A program made the translations under genes and the position numbers. DNA of 64,000 bases from an uncultured virus (IMG/VR IMGVR_UViG_3300007542_004333) (Duplodnaviria; Heunggongvirae; Uroviricota; Caudoviricetes): the IMG/VR virus record IMGVR_UViG_3300007542_004333. One strand, written 5' to 3'. The notes beneath the pieces were generated by a model. It saw nothing but the letters and a program-made list of their open reading frames with translations, was not told the DNA's origin and searched no databases. This document shows, piece after piece, positions 1 to 9,615 of the stretch; the stretch's first letter is position 1; each line of letters starts with the position of its first letter.

Positions 1-284
1 AGCAGGAGGTTGTTTGGGAGAATGTTTTGATCAAAGACTCTATTTGGGCTTATCCGCGTGAGCAGTCTGCAAAGCAACAAATGAGACTTTGTTATGAACA
101 AATGACTAACGAAGAGACTCGTGGTACACAAATGATTGCTTTGGAGCAAAATGTAAAGCGCCTACACGAGACTTTCTCTGCCGAAAAGATGTATGAGAGG
201 TTTATTATTTTATTTTATAATAATCAAGAAAATGTCAATGATTGGTTTAATGAAATATCGGATATTATAAAAGAATATGAATAG
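1..284 (+). CDS. C-terminal part of a probable glycosyltransferase (starts before the window)
   Basis: Frame is open from the window edge (QEVVWENVLIKDSIWAYP...FSAEKMYERF). The ending resembles a GT-B C-terminal helix, and it overlaps the next GT gene. Confidence 0.45.
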   Translation, partial: QEVVWENVLIKDSIWAYPREQSAKQQMRLCYEQMTNEETRGTQMIALEQNVKRLHETFSAEKMYERFIILFYNNQENVNDWFNEISDIIKEYE

Positions 285-1908
285 AAAAATAATTTATATA
301 GCTGATTTTTTCGTAAACCACATTGTTGGTGGTGGCGAATTAAACGACCATGAATTAATTAAACTTCTAAGACATAGTGGTAGGAAAGTTGAATGTTTTC
401 AATCTCATTTGGTTACTAAGAAAATAATTCAAAACAATCTGGATTGTTTTTATATAATATCTAATTTTTGTAATCTTTCATATGATGTTAGAGAAAAAAT
501 TACCTATGAGTGCGAATACATAATATACGAACATGATCATAAATATTTAAATACAAGAAATCCAATATTTTTTAAAGACTTCAAAGCTTCAAATGATAAT
601 TTTAGAAATTATTTCTTTTACAAAAATGCTAAAAAAGTCTTTTGCCAAACAAATTATCACAAAAATATAATCACAAAAAATCTTGAGTTAGACAATGTTT
701 TATCCGTAAATGGAAATTTGTGGTCTTTGGAAGTATTAACTAAATTGAAAGCTTTATCTCAAAACCAAAAAAAAGATAGAGTTTCTATTTTGAAAAGTCA
801 AATACCCCATAAAAACACAGTAGGTGCTATTGATTATTGTAATAAAAATAATTTAGAATATGATTTAATAGAAGACTCAAATTATATCAATTTTTTACAT
901 AAACTTAGTAATAACAAAAAATTGATTTTTTTCCCTAAATCACCGGAAACATTATCTAGAATTGTGTGTGAAGCTAGAATGATGGGAGTCGGTGTTATTT
1001 TAAATCAAATGGTTGGTGCTAGTCATGAACCGTGGTTTAAGCTAAAAGGCGAAAAATTAATAGATTATATGAACGATAGAAGAGATTATATATTAAATTT
1101 AGTATTAGAGGAAATAGATAAACCTAGAATCACAAAAACTGATAAAAAGATTAGCATTATAACAACATTTCATAAAGCAGAAGAATACATAGAAGATTAT
1201 TTAGATAACATAACCAAACAAACAATTTTCGATCAGTGTGAACTAATTCTAGTTGATTCTGCTTCACCCGGCAGAGAAAAAGAAATAGTTAAAAAATACA
1301 TGAAAAAATTTAATAATATACATTATTATCAATATAGTAAAAATTTTAAGCCCACAATTGGACACAATATAGCAATCATGAAGAGTAATTGCCCTTTTGT
1401 TGTTTGGGCTATGATAGATGATAGAAAAAGTATTGATGGTATAGAAATTCTATATAATAGATTAACATCCAGTGATAAAATAGAGTTGGTGTATGGGGAT
1501 TGCTTAGTTACGGACAAAAAAAACGAAACAGTAGAAAACACCAAATCAACAAAATTATCTGAACATTCCATTTTACCATTTTCAAAAGAAAATATGATAA
1601 AATGTTTACCGGGGCCAATGCCAATGTGGAGGAAAAGACTTCATGAAAAAGTTGGTTTTTTTGATGAAGTAAATCTAGATTTTTCAGATGATTGGGATTT
1701 ATGGCTTCGTGCTGTTAACGAGAACTGCATATTCTCTAAAGTTGAACAAGTTGTTGGTTTATATATGGAAGGCGGCAGATCGCAATCGCAAAATAATCTG
1801 GAGCAACGTAAAGAAGAAGCGCAGATATTTTTTAAAAATGGTCATATTTTTGGAAAAAACTATGAACTTTATAAAAACTATTTTTCACAATTTTTAAATA
1901 CAAAATAA
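277..1908 (+). CDS. Two-domain glycosyltransferase (GT-B-like N-terminus fused to GT2 C-terminus)
   Basis: N-terminal GGGE and ETLSRIVCEARMMG (GT4-like). C-terminal ISIITTFH...ELILVDSAS, IDD and GFFDE...SDDWDLWLR (GT2). Confidence 0.8.
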   Translation: MNRKIIYIADFFVNHIVGGGELNDHELIKLLRHSGRKVECFQSHLVTKKIIQNNLDCFYIISNFCNLSYDVREKITYECEYIIYEHDHKYLNTRNPIFFKDFKASNDNFRNYFFYKNAKKVFCQTNYHKNIITKNLELDNVLSVNGNLWSLEVLTKLKALSQNQKKDRVSILKSQIPHKNTVGAIDYCNKNNLEYDLIEDSNYINFLHKLSNNKKLIFFPKSPETLSRIVCEARMMGVGVILNQMVGASHEPWFKLKGEKLIDYMNDRRDYILNLVLEEIDKPRITKTDKKISIITTFHKAEEYIEDYLDNITKQTIFDQCELILVDSASPGREKEIVKKYMKKFNNIHYYQYSKNFKPTIGHNIAIMKSNCPFVVWAMIDDRKSIDGIEILYNRLTSSDKIELVYGDCLVTDKKNETVENTKSTKLSEHSILPFSKENMIKCLPGPMPMWRKRLHEKVGFFDEVNLDFSDDWDLWLRAVNENCIFSKVEQVVGLYMEGGRSQSQNNLEQRKEEAQIFFKNGHIFGKNYELYKNYFSQFLNTK

Positions 1909-1937
1909 ATGTGATAACAAGAATAATGATTATTATA

Positions 1938-1966
1938 TTGAAATGCAGTTTAATATGCGCTATAAT
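1938..1966 (+). promoter_or_regulatory. Sigma70-type promoter
   Basis: TTGAAA (1938-1943), 17-nt spacer, TATAAT (1961-1966), in the only sizeable gap of the island, upstream of 1998. Confidence 0.7.
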
Positions 1967-1997
1967 ATGTTTATTCTATTAAAAAAGGAACACCCAA

Positions 1998-2423
1998 ATG
2001 ACAAATAGGAAATATCTCCCAACACTGTCGGAACTAGTTGACAGACTTAGTATCGCACAGTTAAAAGAAGTCTTTATTTCAGAGCATAAAGATGAATACG
2101 CACAAGAAATTTCAGATATCTTGTATGATATCCAGATGATTTTAGAAGAAAAACAATCTTCAGAAGGACATATGGTAGTTGATGCCAAAACGATTAGAGC
2201 TATCGTAGTACTTTCACAAATGAATTTACACATTTGGCATAACGAGTCGAATTACCGTAAAGGTATTAAAGACGGCAACAATCTAGAGTTGACGCACGGA
2301 TTAAATGGAATTCGAAATACTGCTAAAAATAAAATTCAAGAAATTGTAGGTGGCAGGAAAGATTATAAAATCGATTGTCTGGCAGCAGAATTCAAAGATT
2401 GGGAGATTAGTTGGAATGAATAA
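1998..2423 (+). CDS. Hypothetical protein, DUF4254/DUF6165-like helical protein
   Basis: SELVDRLSIAQLK and NLHIWHNE...RNTAKNKI motifs; SD AGGA. Confidence 0.5.
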   Translation: MTNRKYLPTLSELVDRLSIAQLKEVFISEHKDEYAQEISDILYDIQMILEEKQSSEGHMVVDAKTIRAIVVLSQMNLHIWHNESNYRKGIKDGNNLELTHGLNGIRNTAKNKIQEIVGGRKDYKIDCLAAEFKDWEISWNE

Positions 2424-2718
2424 AGATATGAGTCTTAGTGAATATTATGAATATTATCTAACCTTACATCAAAATAGATGGACCAGAAGAACACACATAC
2501 TAGGACAGATTGCAACAATAATATTTATTGCTATGGTTGTATACCTTAAACTTTGGTTATTGTTGTTTTTAGCACCTTTTGTAGTATACCCTTTTGCTTG
2601 GTCTGGGCATTACTTTTTTGAAAAAAATAAACCAGCCGCGTTTAGTCACCCCATAAAAGCAAAATTGTGTGATTGGATTATGTTTAAAGACATTTTAATT
2701 GGAAGATTGGAGTTTTAA
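2416..2718 (+). CDS. DUF962 / Mpo1-like membrane protein
   Basis: YYLTLHQNRWTRRTH, hydrophobic segments and AWSGHYFFEKNKPAAF. Start moved to the ATG at 2416. Confidence 0.8.
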   Translation: MNKDMSLSEYYEYYLTLHQNRWTRRTHILGQIATIIFIAMVVYLKLWLLLFLAPFVVYPFAWSGHYFFEKNKPAAFSHPIKAKLCDWIMFKDILIGRLEF

Positions 2719-3653
2719 TGAGTAAAAAAATATTGATTACAGGTGGCGCTGGATATATCGGTAGCGAATTGACGGGACATTTACTAAGAGACGGTCATCA
2801 AGTTACTTGTATAGATAATCTTATGTATGATGCTACGTCTCTGTTAAGATATACAGTTGATTCAAATTTTAATTTTGAAAAAGGGGATGTAAGAAATATA
2901 AATTTTTTACGAAAGCATATGGCACAAGCAGATGTTATTATACCCTTGGCAGCTTTAGTCGGCTTCCCGTTGTGCGAAAAAGACAAACGAGGAGCAAGAG
3001 AAATAAATTATGAGGTAAATCAATGGATTGCCGATAACAAATCAAAAGATCAAATGGTGATTTATCCTTGCACTAATTCTGGTTATGGAACCTCCAAAGA
3101 TGGCTCCATGTGTACAGAAGAATCTCCTCTTAATCCAGTTTCTCTATATGGAACAACAAAAGTTCAGGCAGAAAAGGCTTATCGAGAAATAGAAAATCAT
3201 GTCACTTTTAGATTTGCAACTGTATTCGGACCCGGTTCTAGAATGAGAACAGATCTATTGGTAAATAATTTTGTTCTTAAGGCACTGAGAGAAGGCGTAT
3301 TAGTTTTATACGAATGTGAATTTATGAGAAATTATTTGCACTTACAAGATGCATGTAGATCTTTTAAATTTGTAATTGATAATTGGGATAATTGTAAAAA
3401 TGAGACATATAATGTGGGTCACGATGGAATAAATATGAATAAGCTACAGCTAGCTAAAAAAATTCAAGAGCACATACCTTTACAAATTATAAAAGCGGAA
3501 ATAAATACTGATCCAGATGTTCGTGATTATGAAGTTAGTAGTCAGAAGATTTATAATAAAGGATTTGACTGCAAATATGATTTGGATGATGGTATTATAC
3601 AATTGATAAAAGCTTATTCTATTATAGAATCACCGTGGTATGCGAATTATTAA
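2718..3653 (+). CDS. NAD-dependent sugar epimerase/dehydratase (extended SDR)
   Basis: ITGGAGYIG Rossmann motif and catalytic YGTTK (YxxxK). Confidence 0.9.
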   Translation: MSKKILITGGAGYIGSELTGHLLRDGHQVTCIDNLMYDATSLLRYTVDSNFNFEKGDVRNINFLRKHMAQADVIIPLAALVGFPLCEKDKRGAREINYEVNQWIADNKSKDQMVIYPCTNSGYGTSKDGSMCTEESPLNPVSLYGTTKVQAEKAYREIENHVTFRFATVFGPGSRMRTDLLVNNFVLKALREGVLVLYECEFMRNYLHLQDACRSFKFVIDNWDNCKNETYNVGHDGINMNKLQLAKKIQEHIPLQIIKAEINTDPDVRDYEVSSQKIYNKGFDCKYDLDDGIIQLIKAYSIIESPWYANY

Positions 3654-3664
3654 GGAATAAAAAA

Positions 3665-5179
3665 ATGAATAAATTGGACATTCTATTTGTGCATCCGAAT
3701 GCTTCAAAACAAATTTATCAGAGTCTGAGTAAAAAATACTCAGCTATAGAGCCACCAATATGGGCTGCTTTGTTGGCAAATCATGTCCGCTCGAAAGGAT
3801 ATGAAAATGTAGCCATATTAGATTGTGAGGCTGAGCAGCTAAGTCCAGTCGAAAGTTATTTAAAAATAGAAGATTTTGATCCAAAGTTAGTAGTGTTTGT
3901 TGTCTATGGACAGCAGCCATCAGCATCGGCTCAGAATATGCTAGGTGTCCACAATTGCTTAGAAATATTAAAACAAAACAATCCAGAAAGAAAAGTACTA
4001 ATAACAGGACTTTATCCGTCTGCTGTTTCTAGAAAAACAATGCAAGACGAAAAAACTGATTTTGTTTGTCAGGGAGAAGGACCCAGAACATTAACAGCAT
4101 TAATGGAAGTTGATAATTTATCGGATCCTTATCAGCTAAGTAAGGTTCCCGGTTTATGGTATAGGGATGGAGATAAAATTTGTTTTACTAAACCTGCCCC
4201 ATTAATAACACAAGAAGAGATGCAAACAGAACTTCCGGGTATGGCTTGGGATTTGTTGCCAATGGAAAAATATAGAACTTCAAATTGGCATGGGATGTCT
4301 AACAAAAATCAAACAATGCCTTTTGCCTCTCTTTATACTAGTTTGGGTTGTCCATTTAGATGTAGTTTTTGTTGCATTAACGCCCCGTTTGGAAATAATA
4401 ATGTTGAGAACTGGAATTATGAAAGAAACAAATTTAGATTTTGGAATCCAGAATATGCTATAAATGAATTTGATAAGATACATCAAATGGGGATTAGAAA
4501 TATCAAAATTGCTGACGAAATGTTTGTTTTAAATCAAGATCATTTTTTAAAATTGTGTAATCTAATAATAGACAGAAAATATGATTTTAATATTTGGGCA
4601 TATGCTAGAATTGATACAGTTAAAAAATCTTACCTAGACACTCTAAAGAAAGCTGGTATAGAATGGTTAGCTCTTGGTATCGAGTCTGGTAACGGTGTAG
4701 TTAGAAAAGATGTTGTTAAAGGAAAGTTTACAGATGTAAAGATTTCTGATTTAGTTAAAGAAATACAAGATTCTGGAATTAATGTAATAGGGAATTTTAT
4801 TTTTGGTCTACCGGAAGATGATCACAGCACAATGAGAGAAACTTTAGAACTAGCAAAAGACTTAAATTGTGAATTTGCCAATTTTTATTGTTCTATGGCA
4901 TACCCCGGTTCACGACTATATTTGGATGCTATCAAAAATAATTTACCCTTACCAGAAACTTATAGTGGATATTCACAGCATTCCTATGATATACTTCCTT
5001 TAAGTACAAAATATATTACTTCTTCAGAAGTAGTAAAATTTAGAGATAATGCTTTTAACGAGTATTATCAAAATCCAAAATACCTAAGTTACATTAAGCA
5101 AAAATTCGGTCAAGAAACCCACGATGGAATTGTGAAAATGTGCGAACATAAATTAAAGAGGAAAATATTAGGTGATTAA
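3665..5179 (+). CDS. Cobalamin-binding radical SAM protein (class B methyltransferase-like)
   Basis: N-terminal B12-binding-like region ending in QGEG, then SLGCPFRCSFC (CxxxCxxC), LGIESG and FIFGLPED. Start moved to the ATG at 3665. Confidence 0.85.
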   Translation: MNKLDILFVHPNASKQIYQSLSKKYSAIEPPIWAALLANHVRSKGYENVAILDCEAEQLSPVESYLKIEDFDPKLVVFVVYGQQPSASAQNMLGVHNCLEILKQNNPERKVLITGLYPSAVSRKTMQDEKTDFVCQGEGPRTLTALMEVDNLSDPYQLSKVPGLWYRDGDKICFTKPAPLITQEEMQTELPGMAWDLLPMEKYRTSNWHGMSNKNQTMPFASLYTSLGCPFRCSFCCINAPFGNNNVENWNYERNKFRFWNPEYAINEFDKIHQMGIRNIKIADEMFVLNQDHFLKLCNLIIDRKYDFNIWAYARIDTVKKSYLDTLKKAGIEWLALGIESGNGVVRKDVVKGKFTDVKISDLVKEIQDSGINVIGNFIFGLPEDDHSTMRETLELAKDLNCEFANFYCSMAYPGSRLYLDAIKNNLPLPETYSGYSQHSYDILPLSTKYITSSEVVKFRDNAFNEYYQNPKYLSYIKQKFGQETHDGIVKMCEHKLKRKILGD

Positions 5180-5791
5180 ATGTTAACAAAAGAAGAATTG
5201 ATAGAATTCGAAAATGATATAGCAGATTGTTTTAATTCAGCCATGATTAAAGCTCCTGTTCATTTATATAATGGTAATGAAGAACAAATAATTGATGTTT
5301 TTAAAAAACATAAAATAGGAAAAGAAGATTGGGTTTTATGTTCTTGGAGAAGCCATTATCAGTGTCTTTTAAAAGGTGTTCCACCAAAACAATTGAAGGA
5401 AGCGATCTTAGAAGGGAGATCGATATCTTTAAGTTTTAAAGAACACAAAATTCTTTGTTCTGGAATTGTAACTGGACAATTGTCTGTTTCATTAGGCATA
5501 GCCATTGATATTAAACGTCGAGGCGGAAAAAATAAAGTATATTGTTTTATGGGAGAAATGACTTCCGAGACTGGCGCTGCCCATGAGTGTATAAAATATG
5601 CTCGTAATCACAAATTGCCGATACACTTTATAATTGAAGATAATGGAAAATCAGTTTGCACCGACACAAGAGCAACATGGAATATGGAAAAGCTAACTTA
5701 TGAAGGTATTAATGACGATTATGTTACTTATTATAAATATAAATTAGACAAATATCCTCATGCTGGTGCTGGAATCAGAGTTCAATTTTAA
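5180..5791 (+). CDS. TPP-dependent enzyme, E1-alpha-like subunit (short)
   Basis: PVHLYNGNE, WRSHY and the TPP-binding motif variant FMGE...IIEDNG. Confidence 0.8.
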   Translation: MLTKEELIEFENDIADCFNSAMIKAPVHLYNGNEEQIIDVFKKHKIGKEDWVLCSWRSHYQCLLKGVPPKQLKEAILEGRSISLSFKEHKILCSGIVTGQLSVSLGIAIDIKRRGGKNKVYCFMGEMTSETGAAHECIKYARNHKLPIHFIIEDNGKSVCTDTRATWNMEKLTYEGINDDYVTYYKYKLDKYPHAGAGIRVQF

Positions 5792-5803
5792 GGAGAAAAC
5801 AAT

Positions 5804-6343
5804 ATGGGAAAATATTTTGATGAATTAAGCCGTGCTATGTCTTATTTGGGAGAACAAAATAATACTTTATTTTTGGGTCAAGCGGTTGAATATAAAGGAA
5901 CGGCAATGACAAATACTTTGAAAGAAGTTCCAAGAAATAAATTGTTGGAAATGCCTGTTAATGAAGAAATGCAAATGGGAATCACAAATGGCTTAAGCAT
6001 AGCTGGAACTGTTCCGATTAGTATATACCCGCGTTGGAATTTTCTTCTTTTAGCAGTAAATCAATTGGTTAATCATTTGGACAAATACTCAATTTATACA
6101 CACGGAGAATATGCTCCAAAAGCAATTATTCGGGTTGGCATTGGGTCTGAAAATCCTTTAAATCCGCAAATACAACACACTGGAGACTTTACCGATGCAT
6201 TTAGAAATATGTTGACAACAGTAGAAGTTATAAGACTAGATGAGCCAGAAGATATTTTTCCAGCATATCATAAAGCATATCACAGGACAGATGGAAAAAG
6301 TACCATTTTAGTTGAGTGGGGTGATTATTATAATGAAAAGTAA
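5804..6343 (+). CDS. TPP-dependent enzyme, E1-beta/transketolase pyrimidine-binding subunit (short)
   Basis: LFLGQAV, EMPVNEEMQMGITNGLS, NQLVNH and PQIQH. Confidence 0.8.
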   Translation: MGKYFDELSRAMSYLGEQNNTLFLGQAVEYKGTAMTNTLKEVPRNKLLEMPVNEEMQMGITNGLSIAGTVPISIYPRWNFLLLAVNQLVNHLDKYSIYTHGEYAPKAIIRVGIGSENPLNPQIQHTGDFTDAFRNMLTTVEVIRLDEPEDIFPAYHKAYHRTDGKSTILVEWGDYYNEK

Positions 6344-7103
6344 AAAAGATATTTCTTTTTTGATACCAACCAACAGGTCACACGAAAAATATTTAGATAA
6401 AACAATATTAACTATTAATCGTATGGACAGCTTGGGTTTTGATTATGAAATTTTAGTTTCTTCTACCAATTCTGGTATTGATAGTAAAAATATTAAATAT
6501 TTTAAAGATACTGACAACGAAGGATCAATACGCCCAATTAATTTTCTTGCTTCTCAGGCAAATGGAGATTATCTTTGTGTTTTGGTAGATGATTATTTGC
6601 CGTCAAAAAATTTGTTTTCTGTTATTAATTTCTTACAATCTCCTTTATATTATGATAGAATATATAAAGTTACTAGCTTATCAGTTACGGTTAAAAATAA
6701 CGGGCATTACTATAAATTACCAGCCGAATTAGTTCCGCCAAGTGTAATACACCCAATAACCAAAGCCGAAAGAAAACATAATAGAAATTATATTATGAAA
6801 TTCCCAACAATGGACAGAAAAACTTATGAGTTGTTTGGAGAAAAAATATTTCATCCTCATTTCCTACACCATGTAGCAGACAACTATATGTCAATTTATC
6901 TTGGTCACATGGGGGAACCAACAATAGAATGCAGAGAAATTACTTTGTGGGATTGGGCTGGGAGAAACGCTAAAACAACTTATGATGTTTACGATATGAT
7001 TGTTCTATACAATCTGGTTGGTAATTTGAATAACAACTACTATGACAAAAACAGTGTTTTTGATAATCTAGAAGATATGAAGAAATTTTATTTAGAAATT
7101 TGA
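6333..7103 (+). CDS. Glycosyltransferase, GT2/GT-A-like
   Basis: ISFLIPTNR and GDYLCVLVDD (DxD-like). Confidence 0.6.
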   Translation: MKSKKDISFLIPTNRSHEKYLDKTILTINRMDSLGFDYEILVSSTNSGIDSKNIKYFKDTDNEGSIRPINFLASQANGDYLCVLVDDYLPSKNLFSVINFLQSPLYYDRIYKVTSLSVTVKNNGHYYKLPAELVPPSVIHPITKAERKHNRNYIMKFPTMDRKTYELFGEKIFHPHFLHHVADNYMSIYLGHMGEPTIECREITLWDWAGRNAKTTYDVYDMIVLYNLVGNLNNNYYDKNSVFDNLEDMKKFYLEI

Positions 7104-7113
7104 GAGGTATTTT

Positions 7114-7902
7114 GTGTTAACATTGATATTGACTTCAAGAGTAAAAGGTAATAAAGATAGCAATATAGATCAACTACTGACAAGTTTACAGCAATGTGGA
7201 GGAAATGCGGAAAATTGTGAGGTTTTGATAAAATATGATTCTGATGATGATTTACGCCCTCCTCAAGAATATTTTAATAAATTTCCTTTTAGTGTTAAAA
7301 CTTTTGTTTGGTCAAGAGGCGAAGGTCGTCATGGTTTTCATTTAGATCATTTTTATTTGTTTTCACAAAGAAACCAAAAATCAACATTTGTTCTACTTTG
7401 TGCTGATGATTTCACATTTATAAAAAAAGGTTTTATTGATGATATCTTATCAATAAAAGATGAATATTGTTTTGTTGGTCCCCGCCGTCCAAGAGTAGAG
7501 CTTTATAAAGGTCGCTGGAGAGAACCGCAAATCATGGAAGTATGGAAACACAATGAAGGTGTTAGTTTGCCATGCTTTTCAGTAAGATGTATTGAAGTTT
7601 TACAAAATTACGGTTGGCAATGTAATGGAGATAATTGGAAAACATTATTGCATATCTTAATGTATGAGTCTTACGGGATAGATTTGTGGAGAACAGTCCC
7701 CGATTTTTTCAGTCGGAATCCCACCGATGGAGCATCAGGATTTGGGGGATCTTATAACAATATGGAAATGGATGGTATGAAAAACCCTGAAAATTTGTAC
7801 TATTATGATTTAGTCGCGCAACAAGCCAAAAATCTATATTTAAATATAGTTGCAGATCGAATGATAAAAGCATATAATAATATGCAAAATAATAACAAAT
7901 GA
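7114..7902 (+). CDS. Glycosyltransferase, GT-A-like
   Basis: LILTSR, EVLIKYDSDD and FVLLCADDF; GTG start with SD GAGG. Confidence 0.55.
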   Translation: MLTLILTSRVKGNKDSNIDQLLTSLQQCGGNAENCEVLIKYDSDDDLRPPQEYFNKFPFSVKTFVWSRGEGRHGFHLDHFYLFSQRNQKSTFVLLCADDFTFIKKGFIDDILSIKDEYCFVGPRRPRVELYKGRWREPQIMEVWKHNEGVSLPCFSVRCIEVLQNYGWQCNGDNWKTLLHILMYESYGIDLWRTVPDFFSRNPTDGASGFGGSYNNMEMDGMKNPENLYYYDLVAQQAKNLYLNIVADRMIKAYNNMQNNNK

Positions 7903-7927
7903 ACTGATTTGTGGAGTACAATATTGT

Positions 7928-8455
7928 ATGAAAATGTTGTTTGTAAAAGAAGAGCTTCCATTAAATGGAGTGTATAAAATATATTTAGAAAACTTCTCAG
8001 ACAATAGAGGAAATATCACAAATTTATTTGATGTAAACCAATTTCCAGATTTTAAAATTGATAAATTGACAAAATCAAAAAAAAATGTATTAAGGGGCTT
8101 GCACGGAGATTCAATAAATGATAAATTGATATACTGCCTTAAAGGAAAAATATATTTAGCTATTGTAAATTATGATAAACAAAGTGAACAATATTTACAA
8201 AAATTTGAGATAGAGATGGACGAAGATAGCAATTTTGCTGTTTTTATTCCTAAAAATTTCTTGAATGGACACTACTGTTTAACTGAAGATTGCTTGTTCT
8301 ATTATAAATGGTCAGAAAACTATGTTTCTCCAGAAAACCAATTTTCTCTAAGATGGGACGAACCAATATTAGACATTAAATGGCCTTTAATAAAGGCATT
8401 GCCGGTTTTATCAGAACGAGACAAAAAATCTAAATTTTTAAAGGAGATTAAATGA
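7928..8455 (+). CDS. rmlC: dTDP-4-dehydrorhamnose 3,5-epimerase family
   Basis: DNRG, SKKNVLRGLH, FLNGH, YKWSENY, LRWDEP and LSERD. Confidence 0.85.
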   Translation: MKMLFVKEELPLNGVYKIYLENFSDNRGNITNLFDVNQFPDFKIDKLTKSKKNVLRGLHGDSINDKLIYCLKGKIYLAIVNYDKQSEQYLQKFEIEMDEDSNFAVFIPKNFLNGHYCLTEDCLFYYKWSENYVSPENQFSLRWDEPILDIKWPLIKALPVLSERDKKSKFLKEIK

Positions 8456-9615
8456 AAATAAGATATCCGTTGGCTAAAGAAACAATTAATGATGAAGATG
8501 TCGATGCGCTGTGCAATTGGCTAAAAAGTTATCCTAGACTAACAAAAGGAGATTTGACTTTACAGGTAGAAAAAGATTGGGCTGAATATATCGGTACAAA
8601 ATATTCAGTATTCAATAATTCTGGGTCTTCGGCTAATCTTTTAATGATAGCCACAGCAGTTCAATGTGGTCTAATACCAAATAAGAAAATAGTTGTTCCA
8701 TCGGTTGGATGGGTTACAACGATTTCACCAGCTATTCAGCTAGGATTACACCCAATTATGTGTGGTGCGGACCCAAAAACTTTTGGTATTGATCTGGATC
8801 AGTTGGAGCAAATTTGTGAAACCGAAAGACCTGATGCTGTTATATTTGTACAAGTATTGGGTGTTCCTCATCATAAAGAAAGGTTGTTGAAACTGAAAGA
8901 AAAATATGGTTTTGTACTTCTAGAGGACGCTTGTGCAGCACTTGGGGCTAGATATAGTGATGGCACAATGGTTGGTACTATCGGTGATATGTCTTCTTTT
9001 TCATTTTATTTTGGACATCAGCTTTCCACAATTGAAGGTGGTATGGTAAACGTCAATGATAAGAAACTTTATGATATGCTTTTAATGTTGCGTAGTCACG
9101 GTTGGGCTAAAGATCTGGATGAGGAAACTTATAGTGACATGATGAAAGAAAGGAATATTGACGATTTTCATTCTCCTTTTACATTTTTTGTACCCGGATA
9201 CAATTTAAGGTCAACAGACTTGCAGGCTTTTTTGGGAATTAGACAAATCAAAAAAGCAGAGTGGGCATCTAAAAACAGAAATAGAAATCATTTACTGTAT
9301 GCTAAAAAGCTTCAAGGCTATGTTGAGTTTCAAGATTGGGGAGTTGAGTACCCGGTATCTATTTCTTTTGGTGCCTTAGCTAACAGTACGCAACATAGAA
9401 AAGAAATAGTAAGTCGTTTGGTTGAAAACGGTATCGAGACAAGAATTTTTAGTGCTGGAAATTTAGGAAGACATCCATTTTGGATTGATTTGTATAATGA
9501 ATTCGCTGATTTTCAAAGCGATGCAATTCATTCTAGAGGATTTTTTGTGCCTAATTACCCCGAATTGACCGAAGAAGAGATAGAATTTATTTGCAACGTT
9601 ATAAAGGATATATAA
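8452..9615 (+). CDS. DegT/DnrJ/EryC1/StrS-family PLP enzyme, ColD/E1-like 3-dehydratase type
   Basis: NSGSSANLL, EDACAALG, SFYFGHQLSTIEGG (His at the usual Lys position), RSHGW and PGYNLR. Confidence 0.85.
   Translation: MKIRYPLAKETINDEDVDALCNWLKSYPRLTKGDLTLQVEKDWAEYIGTKYSVFNNSGSSANLLMIATAVQCGLIPNKKIVVPSVGWVTTISPAIQLGLHPIMCGADPKTFGIDLDQLEQICETERPDAVIFVQVLGVPHHKERLLKLKEKYGFVLLEDACAALGARYSDGTMVGTIGDMSSFSFYFGHQLSTIEGGMVNVNDKKLYDMLLMLRSHGWAKDLDEETYSDMMKERNIDDFHSPFTFFVPGYNLRSTDLQAFLGIRQIKKAEWASKNRNRNHLLYAKKLQGYVEFQDWGVEYPVSISFGALANSTQHRKEIVSRLVENGIETRIFSAGNLGRHPFWIDLYNEFADFQSDAIHSRGFFVPNYPELTEEEIEFICNVIKDI

Noticed and set aside
5180..6343. Pyruvate dehydrogenase auxiliary metabolic genes
   Set aside because: The subunits are truncated, E2 and E3 are absent, and the genes are embedded in a sugar pathway.
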